DNA of 64,000 nt from an uncultured Alphaproteobacteria bacterium (GTDB lineage: Bacteria > Electryoneota > RPQS01). A model generated the notes under the pieces. The model was not told the DNA's origin. It did no database searches and worked only from the letters and a program-made list of their open reading frames with translations. Location of the stretch: the NCBI GenBank assembly GCA_964406405.1, contig CAYORN010000002.1, positions 248,025 to 312,024 of the forward strand, given 5' to 3'. This document shows, in pieces, positions 46,340 through 55,818 of this stretch (positions within the stretch are counted from its first letter, which is position 1; every line of letters begins with the position of its first letter). The translations under genes were made by a program, and so were the position numbers.

Positions 46340-47056
46340 TCAGCGGTTGGCTGCGCTCGTGTCGGTACGAATCGTGACGAGCGCGAATACTTCGCTGCCC
46401 TCTTCGGTCTTCAGGTGTCCGACTCCTGGCGCGTAGTATTTGTGCTCGCTCACTCCCGGTTCCAACGGCGTCCACTCTCTTGTCTTCAGGCAGTTCGTGA
46501 ACGTGCCGTACGGGACCGTGACCGTTTCTGTAAGGCTCTCTACGTCCGCCATATCTTCCGCTTCGCCTTCCAGAAATTCTTGGCGATACGATTCGCCGAC
46601 CTGCGGATGCGCTTTCATGATAATCCCCGGCTGGGCGCCATCCTCGCCGGCTTCCCATGAGCCTTCGGTGCTCACCACCACGCCATTCTCGTATTGCAGA
46701 GAAATCTCGCCGAAGTACCAGACATTGCTGTCCGTGCCTTGCGCATACCAATCGTAGGTTTCTTCGACCAACTCGCGGTCAGCCCAGCCGCGATCCCGCA
46801 CGACCACGCACGTCACGCCCATAACGACTCTTGTCTGATGCGTGACTTCGACTTCATTGCTGTCGGTTGCGCTGACGTAGACGTAGGTTTGCCCCGGCGT
46901 CAGCGGGAAGAGCGGATTGGTGATCGCGTTCGTAAACTGGGCGGGATCAATAACCGGATGGTACTCCGATTCCTCCGCCTTGTCTTTCTTGCAGGACAAA
47001 ACAACAATCGCTGTGAACACGGCCAGCGCCAGAAGAGCAAACGTACGCTTCATCAT
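46340..47056 (-). CDS. Lipoprotein, hypothetical
   Basis: Trimmed to MMKRTFALLALAVFTAIVVLSC (lipobox), with AAGGAG upstream. Confidence 0.45.
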   Translation of the reverse strand: MMKRTFALLALAVFTAIVVLSCKKDKAEESEYHPVIDPAQFTNAITNPLFPLTPGQTYVYVSATDSNEVEVTHQTRVVMGVTCVVVRDRGWADRELVEETYDWYAQGTDSNVWYFGEISLQYENGVVVSTEGSWEAGEDGAQPGIIMKAHPQVGESYRQEFLEGEAEDMADVESLTETVTVPYGTFTNCLKTREWTPLEPGVSEHKYYAPGVGHLKTEEGSEVFALVTIRTDTSAANR

Positions 47057-47100
47057 GAAAGTCTCCTTAAGTTGCGGACGAAGAGTGCGAACCGGCGATC

Positions 47101-47382
47101 TTACAGGAGCGTCAGGACCGCTCCCGTGATCGCTCCCGTCACGACACTCGAAATCAGGATAAAGGGTTTGCTCTTGGATGCCCAGCCGCCGCAGGCGAGC
47201 CAGACGACCAGTCCGGTGAGCAAGCCGTAGAGCACGCCGTAACCCAATCCGCAAAACCAAGCGCACTCCGGCTGGATGGTAAACGCGACGAGCAGCCCAA
47301 CCGTTCCGCCGCGCAAGGTGGACGCCAGCAGCACCTGCAACTTGTATGGCTCTTCCTTGACCCAAAAGATGGGCGATGCCAT
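47101..47382 (-). CDS. Small integral membrane protein (3 TM segments)
   Basis: Hydrophobic 93-aa ORF with an AT-rich upstream region. Confidence 0.4.
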   Translation of the reverse strand: MASPIFWVKEEPYKLQVLLASTLRGGTVGLLVAFTIQPECAWFCGLGYGVLYGLLTGLVVWLACGGWASKSKPFILISSVVTGAITGAVLTLL

Positions 47383-47715
47383 GACAGCGTGAATACCGGC
47401 GCCAAGGAGAAATGCGGGGATGAGGTATATAATGTGGACTTAGCTGGACCGCGAAAAACTATTTTTGTGCGAAACGAACTCGCCCTAAATATAAGCGGGA
47501 AATAGGGAATCGGGAAGCGGACGATTTTGGAGAAAGAATGGCGAACGATTGCGAACATGGCGAGAGCTAAGTTGTAGCGTCTCTAATGGTGGACACAAGC
47601 TCATATCTAACATCTTAATATACACAAATATGTAACAAAAATCAAGTATTTTTGAATATTTGTTTAATTTATGAATAGGTCGGAGGTGGGGTGGGGTGCG
47701 TGGGAACGAGGAGTG

Positions 47716-48162
47716 TCAGAACAGCTTAGGAATAACGCGCGTGGTGCGGGCGGCGTAGGCGGCGCCCTCCGGGTAGTGCGCACGGAGGAAGGATTCTTCA
47801 CAGAACATCCGGGTCACCATTCCGGCAGTGACTCCGAGGGCGAGGAGACGATTGATCGCGGACAGATGCACACTCACGCCCGCCAGCGTGAACAGAATCA
47901 CGGCGGCATAGATCGGGTGGCGGAGGAAGCGGTACGGGCCGTGCGTCACGAGTCTGCCTTTCGTCGGATTGGCCGCCGCATGAAAACTCCGCCGGCCAAA
48001 CGTGATGCGTACCCAAAGCATGAGCAATCCGGCCGCGACTTGCAGCACAATCACCACCGGCGACAGGGAAAACAGCCCGTGCCGCAGAAACAGCAGCACG
48101 ATCGCGACCACACTAACGGCTGTGACAAAAAGGGAGAGGGATTTGAGGGACATGAGGTGCAC
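47716..48162 (-). CDS. Isoprenylcysteine carboxyl methyltransferase (ICMT/PEMT) family protein
   Basis: YRFLRHPIYAAVILFTLAGV matches the ICMT C-terminal motif. Multi-TM. Confidence 0.6.
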   Translation of the reverse strand: MHLMSLKSLSLFVTAVSVVAIVLLFLRHGLFSLSPVVIVLQVAAGLLMLWVRITFGRRSFHAAANPTKGRLVTHGPYRFLRHPIYAAVILFTLAGVSVHLSAINRLLALGVTAGMVTRMFCEESFLRAHYPEGAAYAARTTRVIPKLF

Positions 48163-48219
48163 AAATATTGATCACGGGGCGCGTGAAGATGCATGCCGCA
48201 GGAAAGGGGGCGCGAGACC

Positions 48220-48882
48220 CTACTCCGTAGGGATCCCCAATGTGCTACAATCCACCTTTATGTTTACCGTGATCACGCTATCTGCACGGATAATAACGGG
48301 CACTTTGCTCATTTTCTCCGACCACTTGGCAGCCAACAAAGTGTCGAGTCCGACACAGATGTCTCGAATCTCGTAATAGCCATTCGGATTCGAAGAGACA
48401 TGACGTTTGGCGTGTACCAGGGCGACAGGCACTGAAATACCCTCTCCAGTTTCCAAGTCCGTCACGCGGCCTTTGATCTTTCCGGTTTGGGCTTGGTAAG
48501 TGATCTTCGAGTGGGTCTGGGCATAGTTCTCGGGAGGAGAACTGTAATCAGGAACCGAACCGAGTTGAGGGTTGGGACGCAGAGAGGCGGCCATCAGAAC
48601 GAAGTCTGCAATCGTAACCGTGTCTCTTCGGATCTCAATCGGGATGGTTATCGGATAATACCCTATGGCCTGCACGCACAAGGTGTCGAGACCCGCTGGG
48701 AGCGATTGAATGGAATATCCGGCTCCAGTGTGGATGTCAACTCCGCCATGCGCATGGAGAATCTCAACGATTGCGCCGAGGACCTCTTCGCCGGAATCAT
48801 CTCTTACGTGACCTCTAACCGTTCCCGTCTGCGCGAATGCGTTCGTGATGGCAAAGAGCAGAAGTACGAGTGAGAGTTTCAT
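48220..48882 (-). CDS. Secreted carboxypeptidase-regulatory-like (CarbopepD_reg) domain protein
   Basis: Signal peptide. Two GxVRGxVxDxxGEPLxGAxV-type motifs. A paralog is at 53740..54423. Confidence 0.5.
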   Translation of the reverse strand: MKLSLVLLLFAITNAFAQTGTVRGHVRDDSGEEVLGAIVEILHAHGGVDIHTGAGYSIQSLPAGLDTLCVQAIGYYPITIPIEIRRDTVTIADFVLMAASLRPNPQLGSVPDYSSPPENYAQTHSKITYQAQTGKIKGRVTDLETGEGISVPVALVHAKRHVSSNPNGYYEIRDICVGLDTLLAAKWSEKMSKVPVIIRADSVITVNIKVDCSTLGIPTE

Positions 48883-48947
48883 CGGTGCCTCGAATTTGCT
48901 TTGTATTGAAGAGCCAGCCGTGCGGCACTGCGAAGACGGACCGTTGC

Positions 48948-49349
48948 TTATTTGCTCTTGGCTTGTCGCTTAGAATTTGACTTCAGCCAAGCAGCGAACT
49001 CAGGCTCCGAGATTTCTTTCGTCGTCAGTCCTAACGTCATGGAAACGGCTTCGGGCTCCGGCAGTTCGACTTTGAAACCGTTCAGGATGAGAAACAGACC
49101 GGCACAGGTCAGCGCGGCGCGTTTGTTCCCATCCACGAAAGGGTGGTTGCGGGTGATCGCCTGCGCGTAACCTGTCGCGAGCGTGAAGAGGTCTGACTCG
49201 CCATGGTGGAAACGGTTGCGAGGACTGTCCAGTGCGGAATCGAGCAGATTCTCGTCACGAATTCCAGCCGAACCTCCAAAGCGCACCAGCAGTTTGTCGT
49301 GGAACGCCAGCACCATGTATTTGCTGAGCCACTCCGGCTCGCGTTTCAC
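48948..49349 (-). CDS. doc: Doc (death-on-curing) toxin, Fic family
   Basis: Fic motif HPFVDGNKRAALTCAGLFL. Confidence 0.8.
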   Translation of the reverse strand: MKREPEWLSKYMVLAFHDKLLVRFGGSAGIRDENLLDSALDSPRNRFHHGESDLFTLATGYAQAITRNHPFVDGNKRAALTCAGLFLILNGFKVELPEPEAVSMTLGLTTKEISEPEFAAWLKSNSKRQAKSK

Positions 49350-49570
49350 TTCGCCAGCTCGCGGAGCGCGTTCTTATGGCGGTCCATGAAGTCTTCGGCC
49401 AGCTCCATCGCGCGCGCAAATTTTGGATCATACGGCGTGAGACGGTAGCCATCCGGGGATTCGGTCAGAAACAGCTCGTCGCCTTCCTTCACGTTGAGGA
49501 AGGCCGCCGCCTCGGCGGGAAGGATCACTCCCAGCGAGTTGCCGACCTTTCTAACTGTCAAATTAACCAT
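49346..49570 (-). CDS. AbrB/MazE-type antitoxin (Phd-functional partner of Doc)
   Basis: MVNLTVRKVGNSLGVILPAEA is the SpoVT/AbrB swapped-hairpin. 4-nt overlap with doc. Confidence 0.7.
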   Translation of the reverse strand: MVNLTVRKVGNSLGVILPAEAAAFLNVKEGDELFLTESPDGYRLTPYDPKFARAMELAEDFMDRHKNALRELAK

Positions 49571-49628
49571 TGCTTACATCTGGGAATGCTGCGACACGGA
49601 GGTCGCTGCCTAATGGGGTTTAACAATA

Positions 49629-49657
49629 ATTATAACAAATATCGGGCCGATTGTCAA
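49629..49657 (-). promoter_or_regulatory. Consensus sigma70 promoter TTGACA-17-TATAAT for the antitoxin-doc operon, with an AT palindrome (ATAATTAT) over the -10 box
   Basis: Minus strand reads CCCCCTTGACAATCGGCCCGATATTTGTTATAATTATTGTT. Conserved at the paralogous copy 53623-53651. Confidence 0.65.
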
Positions 49658-49738
49658 GGGGGGTTTCGGCGGGGTCAAGGGGTCCCGATTTTAGAATATG
49701 CCGAGACCCATAGACCCCGCATGGCGAAAAGCCTAAGC

Positions 49739-50623
49739 TCACAGCGCCGAGAAGCCCTGAATCGCCACGATACAGCCGACGATCATGATAATGATACTCG
49801 CAAAGTACGGGGCACGTCGGCTGAAGACTTCAAATCCTTTCCAACGGCTGGTGACATGCCGCGTGCCCCAAGCCGCGAGCACCCCCGATAGCATCAGGGT
49901 CAGCGCCAAGCCGATGCTGAAACAGAGCACCAGCACAATCCCCAGCCAGAAGCGCTGCAATTGCAGGCAGAGCAGTAACACCGTCACCGCAGCGGGACAG
50001 GGCAGCAAACCGCCGGTTAATCCGAAGAGTATGACTTGGCCCGTGGTCGCGGTGCCCTTGGCGGCAAAGCGCTGGCGGATTTCGCGGGCATGGGCGCGCT
50101 CGTGTGAGTCTTCGTAATCCGGCGCATCAAGTGAAAGTCCCGCATGATGATGGGATTCGTTTTGCTCAGCATGTTGATGTTCATGGCCGTGCGTGTGTCC
50201 ACTTTGAACGGCACTCATAGACTCCGGCTGATGCTCGTGAGCATGATGATCGTGCTGCGCGGCCCGCTTAGCGCGGAGCTGGTCGCGGCGGGTGCGGAAC
50301 ATCATCCACAAGGCCATGCCGACGATGATCGCACCAGAGGCGATTTGAAAATAAGGCTCCCCGGTTTCGGCATTCCAGTTCTTGCCAAAGGTCAGGGCCA
50401 CGAGAGCTACGACCCATACGATGGCCGTATGCGAAATGGTCGCAGAGATTGCCAACAAGACTGCTTGGCCGATGGTGCCGCGCACGGCAACAATGAACGC
50501 GGCCATCATGGTTTTCGAGTGTCCCGGCTCGAGGCCGTGGAGCGCGCCGAGCAAGATCGCGCTGGGAACGAACAGCCACGCATGCGCCGCGCTTTGCTGA
50601 ATGAGGGTGTTGAATTCGGTCAT
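49739..50623 (-). CDS. rcnA: Nickel/cobalt efflux transporter (RcnA-like) with a His-rich loop
   Basis: 6 TM segments plus the loop HDHHAHEHQPESMSAVQSGHTHGHEHQHAEQNESHHHAG. Confidence 0.65.
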   Translation of the reverse strand: MTEFNTLIQQSAAHAWLFVPSAILLGALHGLEPGHSKTMMAAFIVAVRGTIGQAVLLAISATISHTAIVWVVALVALTFGKNWNAETGEPYFQIASGAIIVGMALWMMFRTRRDQLRAKRAAQHDHHAHEHQPESMSAVQSGHTHGHEHQHAEQNESHHHAGLSLDAPDYEDSHERAHAREIRQRFAAKGTATTGQVILFGLTGGLLPCPAAVTVLLLCLQLQRFWLGIVLVLCFSIGLALTLMLSGVLAAWGTRHVTSRWKGFEVFSRRAPYFASIIIMIVGCIVAIQGFSAL

Positions 50624-50701
50624 GGATGATGGTTGGTCGCGGCGTACCGGCGGGACGGATCGCCCGCCGGTACGCGATTCAAAATGCCTGAACCGTTGCC
50701 T

Positions 50702-51160
50702 CTATCCCTGAGCGGGAGTTTTTTCGAGCAGGATGTTTTTCTCCTTGATCTTCCGGAGATACACCTGATCGTTCTTCTGGAACTGATTTCTCGAGTCTGC
50801 GCAGCAGAAATAAATGCGCTCGCCGTTGTAGTCCGCATACACGCCGCGGTCAATCGGTTTTCCGGAAACAACGTCAACCGTCTGCGGCTTACCGGGTTCG
50901 CCCTTAATGTCGGTCGTCTGCGTTGCGCCGAGGGTCGGAACCGGGCTGTTTGGATTCGAAAAGAGGTTTGCGGCGGCCGGCTTGTCTTTGGCCTTGGAAC
51001 ACGACATGGCGGCACTCAACATCAGGATGAGCGCGAGTGCCGCAATGATTCGAATGAGGGGGGACAACTGGATCTCCTTCGCAATGAGCTTCCTGAATGA
51101 TGACTGATGTGCGCACAAAACGGCCACGCCGCCCGCATGGGCCCGTTCTAAAGCGTTCAA
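50702..51160 (-). CDS. YHS/TRASH-domain metal-binding (lipo)protein; start uncertain
   Basis: C-terminus YADYNGERIYFCCADSRNQFQKN. Lipoprotein-like ILMLSAAMSCSK. Confidence 0.45.
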   Translation of the reverse strand: MNALERAHAGGVAVLCAHQSSFRKLIAKEIQLSPLIRIIAALALILMLSAAMSCSKAKDKPAAANLFSNPNSPVPTLGATQTTDIKGEPGKPQTVDVVSGKPIDRGVYADYNGERIYFCCADSRNQFQKNDQVYLRKIKEKNILLEKTPAQG

Positions 51161-51166
51161 GAATGA

Positions 51167-51448
51167 TCAGGAAAGCGCGCGCGGAGGGTGTTGGGGAGGA
51201 GAGAGGAACACATTGGCAGGAATATGCAGCGCAGGAGCGTCAATTACATGCACGGGCAAGGGTGTGGTCAGCTCGGCGGTGGACGGAACCGCTTGAGTAA
51301 GATGTGTATGACAGCAGCCGCTATCCTCTTGTCCGTGGGCGCACGCGGTGGCTTCCGCCACCGGATGCATATGTGCGACCGGCAGGGCGTGAATTACTGA
51401 CCCGGCAAGCAGGAACAGGAGAAGCACATGTGATAGAATTCTTGCCAT
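51167..51448 (-). CDS. Small secreted His/Cys-rich protein (putative metal-binding)
   Basis: Signal peptide MARILSHVLLLFLLAGSVIHA. Motif HMHPVAEATACAHGQEDSGCCHTH. Confidence 0.3.
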   Translation of the reverse strand: MARILSHVLLLFLLAGSVIHALPVAHMHPVAEATACAHGQEDSGCCHTHLTQAVPSTAELTTPLPVHVIDAPALHIPANVFLSPPQHPPRALS

Positions 51449-52048
51449 TGCTCTTATACTTCTGCCATTCAGAGCAGGTTCCAAGTTGCTGCCGTACATT
51501 GGGTCGGCATTACGTCTTCAATTCCTTCTTCCTTGCCCCTGGATCAGGCCACATCGGACTCGTTCAGCTCGTCGTGGAAGATGAGAAAGTCTAAGGAGAC
51601 CGGGGGCACGGCCAACTGACGCAGCAGGGTTGTGACTTGGCCGCGGTGATAGTTCGAGTGGTTGACGACGTGGTACATCTGGCGCCAAAGGGGATACGCC
51701 CAAGACTCTCCCTGCTGATTGACATAGGGCACGGTTGCCGCCAGGCGGTCCGCGGTCAAGGCGTTCAGGAAGGGACGCTGACGGCCTTCCCCCTCGAGCC
51801 ACCGCTGTTTCAGGCTCTCGACGTTGGGATAATCCGCCGCCGAAGCAGGCGGCCGGGGTGCGTTTCCCTTCCACCGCTCGAGCCACATCCATTCCGCCCA
51901 GACAATATGCGAGCGTATCTTAAAAACATCGGAGGAGGATTACAATACAGCCGAGGTGCAGGAAGCCGAGGTAGTTCTCGATGCAGTGGTCGTGGCGGAT
52001 GACAATGCGTCGGAACTGTTGCAACCAGGCAAACAGTCGTTCGACCTT

Positions 52049-52354
52049 CTAGCGTCTTCGGTAGCGACGTAATTTTCTTCCGTCCTGGGTCTTGATGATC
52101 CGGTTGGATTTGTTGGGGGCGATCAGTTCCACGCCGTGCTCGTGGAGAAGTTGTTCGTCCAGTGGATCACTGTCATAGGCTTTGTCACCGATCAGGCGGG
52201 GCGGAAGTTCGTCGAGGAAGAGAGCCTTCAGCGTTTCCCGCACCAGCTTTATTTCATGCGGCGAAGCACTCGCCGTACAGATGGCGATAGGAAAACCATG
52301 GCGGTCTGCAATTGCCATGACCTTTGTGCCTTTGCCCCGCTTGGTTTTTCCCAC
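52049..52354 (-). CDS. IS5-family transposase OrfB (DDE catalytic C-terminal part), expressed by a -1 frameshift as an OrfAB fusion
   Basis: The -1 frame after AAAAAAG reads ...[25 protein letters not shown].., continuous with orfB. Confidence 0.65.
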   Translation of the reverse strand: MGKTKRGKGTKVMAIADRHGFPIAICTASASPHEIKLVRETLKALFLDELPPRLIGDKAYDSDPLDEQLLHEHGVELIAPNKSNRIIKTQDGRKLRRYRRR

Positions 52355-52701
52355 CTGCCGCCCCCTTTTTTCGCCGGCACGAACATGCCGTCGATGAAGG
52401 ATTCGGACAGATCAAGACCGCCGCGGTCTCGCAGGTCTAAGGCCAGGGCCAGCAACACGCGCCAGAACGTCTCATCGCGACAGTATTCCTGAAAGCGGCG
52501 ATGGCAGGTTTGGTAGGGCGGATAGCGATCCGGTAAATCATGCCACGGGGCTCCCGTCCTCAAGATCCATAGGATCGCATTCCAGACGTCGCGCGCCGGA
52601 ACGCGGGGCCGACCCCGACCATCCACCTTGCCGCGTCTAAGCCGAGGCTTCTCAATCAGTAAGGGGGCAATCCGAGTCCACTGGTCGTCGCTCAAGTCCA
52701 T
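52249..52701 (-). CDS. IS5-family transposase OrfA (DUF4096 N-terminal HTH part)
   Basis: [19 protein letters not shown]...[22 protein letters not shown]. Ends after the slippery site GCGAAAAAAGGGGGC at 52361-52375. Confidence 0.7.
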   Translation of the reverse strand: MDLSDDQWTRIAPLLIEKPRLRRGKVDGRGRPRVPARDVWNAILWILRTGAPWHDLPDRYPPYQTCHRRFQEYCRDETFWRVLLALALDLRDRGGLDLSESFIDGMFVPAKKGGGRWEKPSGAKAQRSWQLQTAMVFLSPSVRRVLRRMK

Positions 52702-52966
52702 CGCAGTAACCTCCTGAAAAAAGAGAGGTCACCAAGATACGAGACGCCACGCTAACTGTCAACTGTTTTTGAGATATGCTTGCGTCAATGTGTCGCGAAG
52801 CGACGGGTAGCTGTTGCCCAGATTTTGTACGAACTGTTCCGGCGTGAGCGGCGCCACCGCCGCGAAACTTCGGTCGTTCGCCCAGCGATTGTAACGGTAT
52901 AGCTCCCGCATCGTCTCGACGTCAACCATTCGATCTTCCTTCTCCGGTGAGAACAGGGTTACGTCT

Positions 52967-53365
52967 TCAACTCCTTCTTCCGCGCCGGGAGAAGGTTTTG
53001 AGCCAGTCGGCGAATTCTCGCTCCGTGACCTTGTTCGTGGCAAGCTTTATCACCATCACAACGGCATCTGCTTCCGGCAATTTGACGGTGAAGCCGTTCA
53101 ACATCAGAAAGAGACCGGCACACGTCAATGCGACACGTTTGTTGCCGTCCACGAACGGATGATTGCGACTGATCGCCTGAGCGTAAGCCGTGGCCAGCAT
53201 GAATACATCCGTCTCGCCGTAGTGGAAGCGGTTCTTGGGACTATCTAACGCCGAATCCAGCAAGCCTTCATCACGCAGCCCGGACACGCCTCCAAAGCGC
53301 ACGAGAAGTTCGTCATGAATTGGAAGAACGAAGCGCTTTTCCACCCACGCCGGCTCACGCTTCAC
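52967..53365 (-). CDS. doc: Doc toxin, second copy (about 70% identical to 48948..49349)
   Basis: HPFVDGNKRVALTCAGLFL. Confidence 0.8.
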   Translation of the reverse strand: MKREPAWVEKRFVLPIHDELLVRFGGVSGLRDEGLLDSALDSPKNRFHYGETDVFMLATAYAQAISRNHPFVDGNKRVALTCAGLFLMLNGFTVKLPEADAVVMVIKLATNKVTEREFADWLKTFSRRGRRS

Positions 53366-53586
53366 TTCCCCAACTCGCGCAGTGCGTTCTTGTGGCGATC
53401 AATGAATTCATTGGCCAAATTCATCGCCTGCTCAAACTCCGGATCGTAGGGCGTAATGCGGTAGCCATCCGGGGTTTCGGTCAGATACAACTGATCGCCT
53501 TCTTTCACGCGCAGAAAAGCGGCGGCCTCGGCGGGGAGGATGACTCCTAACGAGTTGCCAACTTTTCTAATTGTCAGATTTACCAT
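53362..53586 (-). CDS. AbrB/MazE-type antitoxin, second copy (about 85% identical to 49346..49570)
   Basis: MVNLTIRKVGNSLGVILPAEA. Confidence 0.7.
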   Translation of the reverse strand: MVNLTIRKVGNSLGVILPAEAAAFLRVKEGDQLYLTETPDGYRITPYDPEFEQAMNLANEFIDRHKNALRELGK

Positions 53587-53622
53587 AACTTACCGTTGTG
53601 ACTGAGTTTAAGTTTTACAATA

Positions 53623-53651
53623 ATTATAACACACCTTGGGCCAGTTGTCAA
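53623..53651 (-). promoter_or_regulatory. Consensus sigma70 promoter TTGACA-17-TATAAT, paralogous to 49629-49657
   Basis: Minus strand reads CAGCCCTTGACAACTGGCCCAAGGTGTGTTATAATTATTGT. Confidence 0.65.
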
Positions 53652-53739
53652 GGGCTGCAAGAAAAGAAGCGCCCCGCCGGGCCGCCGCGCAATCTGTCCT
53701 TATGTCCTGAGTTCCTTCTTCCTCGCCGCGGGGAACAAC

Positions 53740-54423
53740 CTATTTCGCTGTCTCGCGGCGCATCAACAAGAAATCGACTTCGTAGTTGCGATCCATGAGG
53801 GCCGAAACAATATGACCGCTGCCTTCGTATTCGCGAGTCTCGGTGCCCATCGTGTATCGGCCCCGCATCAACCTGTGCATCGCAAAACCACCTGCGGAAT
53901 CCGTGACGAGCGTGAAACAACAAGCTTCATACAAAGTGTTTTTCTCGTACCGGTCCTGACGCTTTTCTTCGACCGTGATTAACGCGTTAGAAATCGGTTC
54001 ATGCGTGTCTCGATCATATACGCGCCCGGTGATTGCGTTCATTCCGACTTCGGGTTCCGCAGCTTCGTACACTCCTCGATATGTGCCGCCGCGTTCGGCA
54101 AGCGCATGCACCCGATATTTAGTGTCCGCCATGATCACATCCGGCACCAATTCGGTATCTGCGCGAACAGCTATCGGAATCAAGCTATCATCGTACTCTG
54201 CCGCCGAAATCTTAAGAGTATCCAGCCCGACCGGAAGATCGCACAGCATGTAATTGCCTTCGCCATCGCTCAGTACTACCGAACGGTGCGCTTGCAACGT
54301 GGTCAATACGGTTCCCGTGATGGGAACGCTGAACTTCTTGTCTATAACCCGCCCCTTGACAACGCCCGTTTGCGCGAAGGCATTCATGACAACAAAGAGC
54401 ATGAACAAGATTCTGAGTTTCAT
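53740..54423 (-). CDS. Secreted CarbopepD_reg-like domain protein (paralog of 48220..48882)
   Basis: MKLRILFMLFVVMNAFAQTGVVKGRVIDKKFSVPITG. Confidence 0.5.
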   Translation of the reverse strand: MKLRILFMLFVVMNAFAQTGVVKGRVIDKKFSVPITGTVLTTLQAHRSVVLSDGEGNYMLCDLPVGLDTLKISAAEYDDSLIPIAVRADTELVPDVIMADTKYRVHALAERGGTYRGVYEAAEPEVGMNAITGRVYDRDTHEPISNALITVEEKRQDRYEKNTLYEACCFTLVTDSAGGFAMHRLMRGRYTMGTETREYEGSGHIVSALMDRNYEVDFLLMRRETAK

Positions 54424-54490
54424 CAGATTCTCCAATTTGCTTCGAGGTGCGGGCAGGCTTCGAAGACTCAACCAGCCCCTACGAGCACGG

Positions 54491-55768
54491 TTACGTCTTC
54501 AATTCCTTCTTCCGCGCCGCGGGGAATAGCACGTTATTCAGAATCAAGCGGTAGCCGGGAGAGTTCTTGTGCAGCGCGAGATTCGTGGGCGGGTCGCCGA
54601 CCTGATGGCGATAGTCCTCCGGGTCGTGCCCGCCGTAGTACGCGAAGAAGCCCTTGCCGAACGGGCCGTAGAGATATTTCACCTCATCCGTGCCTTCGTT
54701 CTGCGCAAGGATCGTCACCGACGACTTGATGAAGCGCTTATGGAACGCCGTCGTCTGCCCCATGAACCCCTTCACCACGCTGGTATGATCCTGCGTCAGC
54801 ATCGAGGGCACCGGATCGTACTTGGCCGAGAAATCAAAGAGTGTAAAATAATCGCCTTCGTCCCCGCGCGCCATCCGCCCCGTGCGCGGCGACACGTCAA
54901 TGTCCGAAAACTCGTAGATCATCGGATCGGTGAACAGCGTGTAGTCCTTGAAAGTCAGCCCGTAATCGAAGCGCAGCTTGTTCATGAAGCCGGGATCAAT
55001 GCCGTCGCCGTCGAACGTCGGCGCGCAGATGTCCGTCTCCGCGGCGGAGAGCGCGATGTCGTAGCTGTCCGTCGCGCTGCACATGGCGAACATGAAGCCG
55101 CCCTGCCCGAGATAGCTGCGCAGCGTGCGCGCCACCGCGAGCTTCAATTGGGAGACCTTGGCAAAGCCCAGCGCATGCGCGCGCGCTTCTTCGGTCTGCA
55201 CCTGCCGGATGTACCAATCCGCGTTGCGATACATCGAATAGAATTTGCCGTACTGCCCGGTGAAATCTTCGTGATGCAAATGCACCCAGTCGTATTTGCC
55301 GAGCTTCCCCGCGAGAATATCTTCGTCGTAGATCCGGTCGAACGGAATCTCGGCATACGTCAGCGCGAGGTTCACCGCGTCATCCCACGGCCCGTCCTCT
55401 ACCTCCGGCGGCGCATAGATCGCGATCTTCGTCGCCTTTTCCAGCACCACGACTTCCATATTGTTCTGATCAATCTCGGCGTACACGGCGCCCGCGTCGG
55501 CGGTTTCGCTGGCCACGCCGCGCAAGCGGCAGTCGCTCTCAATCTCCGGCGCGGAATCCATCATGAAACTCCCGCCGCGGTAGTTGAGCAGCCACTCCAC
55601 CTTGAGTCCGCGCGAGAGCGCCTCCCACGCAATGCCATAGGCCTTGAGGTGATCTGTCTGCGAGAGATCCATCGGAATCAAGAGCTTCTGGGCGAAAGCC
55701 GGAAGAGCCAGCAGCAAAACGCAAAGGATGAAGGATGAAGGATGAAGGATGAAACGGAAAGCGTGCAT
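54491..55768 (-). CDS. Secreted hypothetical protein; the signal peptide is partly encoded by the (GGATGAA)4 array
   Basis: MHAFRFILHPSSFILCVLLLALPAFAQ. About 425 aa. No family recognised. Confidence 0.45.
   Translation of the reverse strand: MHAFRFILHPSSFILCVLLLALPAFAQKLLIPMDLSQTDHLKAYGIAWEALSRGLKVEWLLNYRGGSFMMDSAPEIESDCRLRGVASETADAGAVYAEIDQNNMEVVVLEKATKIAIYAPPEVEDGPWDDAVNLALTYAEIPFDRIYDEDILAGKLGKYDWVHLHHEDFTGQYGKFYSMYRNADWYIRQVQTEEARAHALGFAKVSQLKLAVARTLRSYLGQGGFMFAMCSATDSYDIALSAAETDICAPTFDGDGIDPGFMNKLRFDYGLTFKDYTLFTDPMIYEFSDIDVSPRTGRMARGDEGDYFTLFDFSAKYDPVPSMLTQDHTSVVKGFMGQTTAFHKRFIKSSVTILAQNEGTDEVKYLYGPFGKGFFAYYGGHDPEDYRHQVGDPPTNLALHKNSPGYRLILNNVLFPAARKKELKT
55726..55753 (+). repeat. Heptamer array (GGATGAA)x4, perfect
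   Basis: Read directly. Antisense to the gene, it is translated as FILHPSSFIL. Confidence 0.8.
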
Positions 55769-55818
55769 ATTGGAAACTTGATCTTGTTTACTTTTCTGAC
55801 TGGGATTTGGGATTTTCT

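Larger units (their letters stand above)
51910..52782 (-). mobile_element. IS5-family (IS427-group) insertion sequence of about 873 bp with imperfect terminal inverted repeats
   Basis: Left IR GCGAGCGTATCTTAAAAACATC matches the reverse complement of the right end, GCAAGCATATCTCAAAAACAGT. The element holds orfA/orfB with an A6G slippery site. Confidence 0.7.
51544..52929 (-). pseudogene. DinB_2-family (DinB/YfiT-like) gene split by an IS5-family insertion: N-terminal fragment 52783-52929, C-terminal fragment 51544-51909
   Basis: Removing 51910-52782 restores ...YRYNRWANDRSFAAVAPLTPEQFVQNLGNSYPSLRDTLT|HIVWAEWMWLERW...HVVNHSNYHRGQ in frame. Confidence 0.65.

Noticed and set aside
49739-50623. 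Calling the His-loop transporter HoxN/NixA (NiCoT importer)
   Set aside because: A six-TM topology with a long internal His-rich loop fits RcnA-type efflux proteins better, but only weakly. The neutral call nickel/cobalt transporter family is kept.
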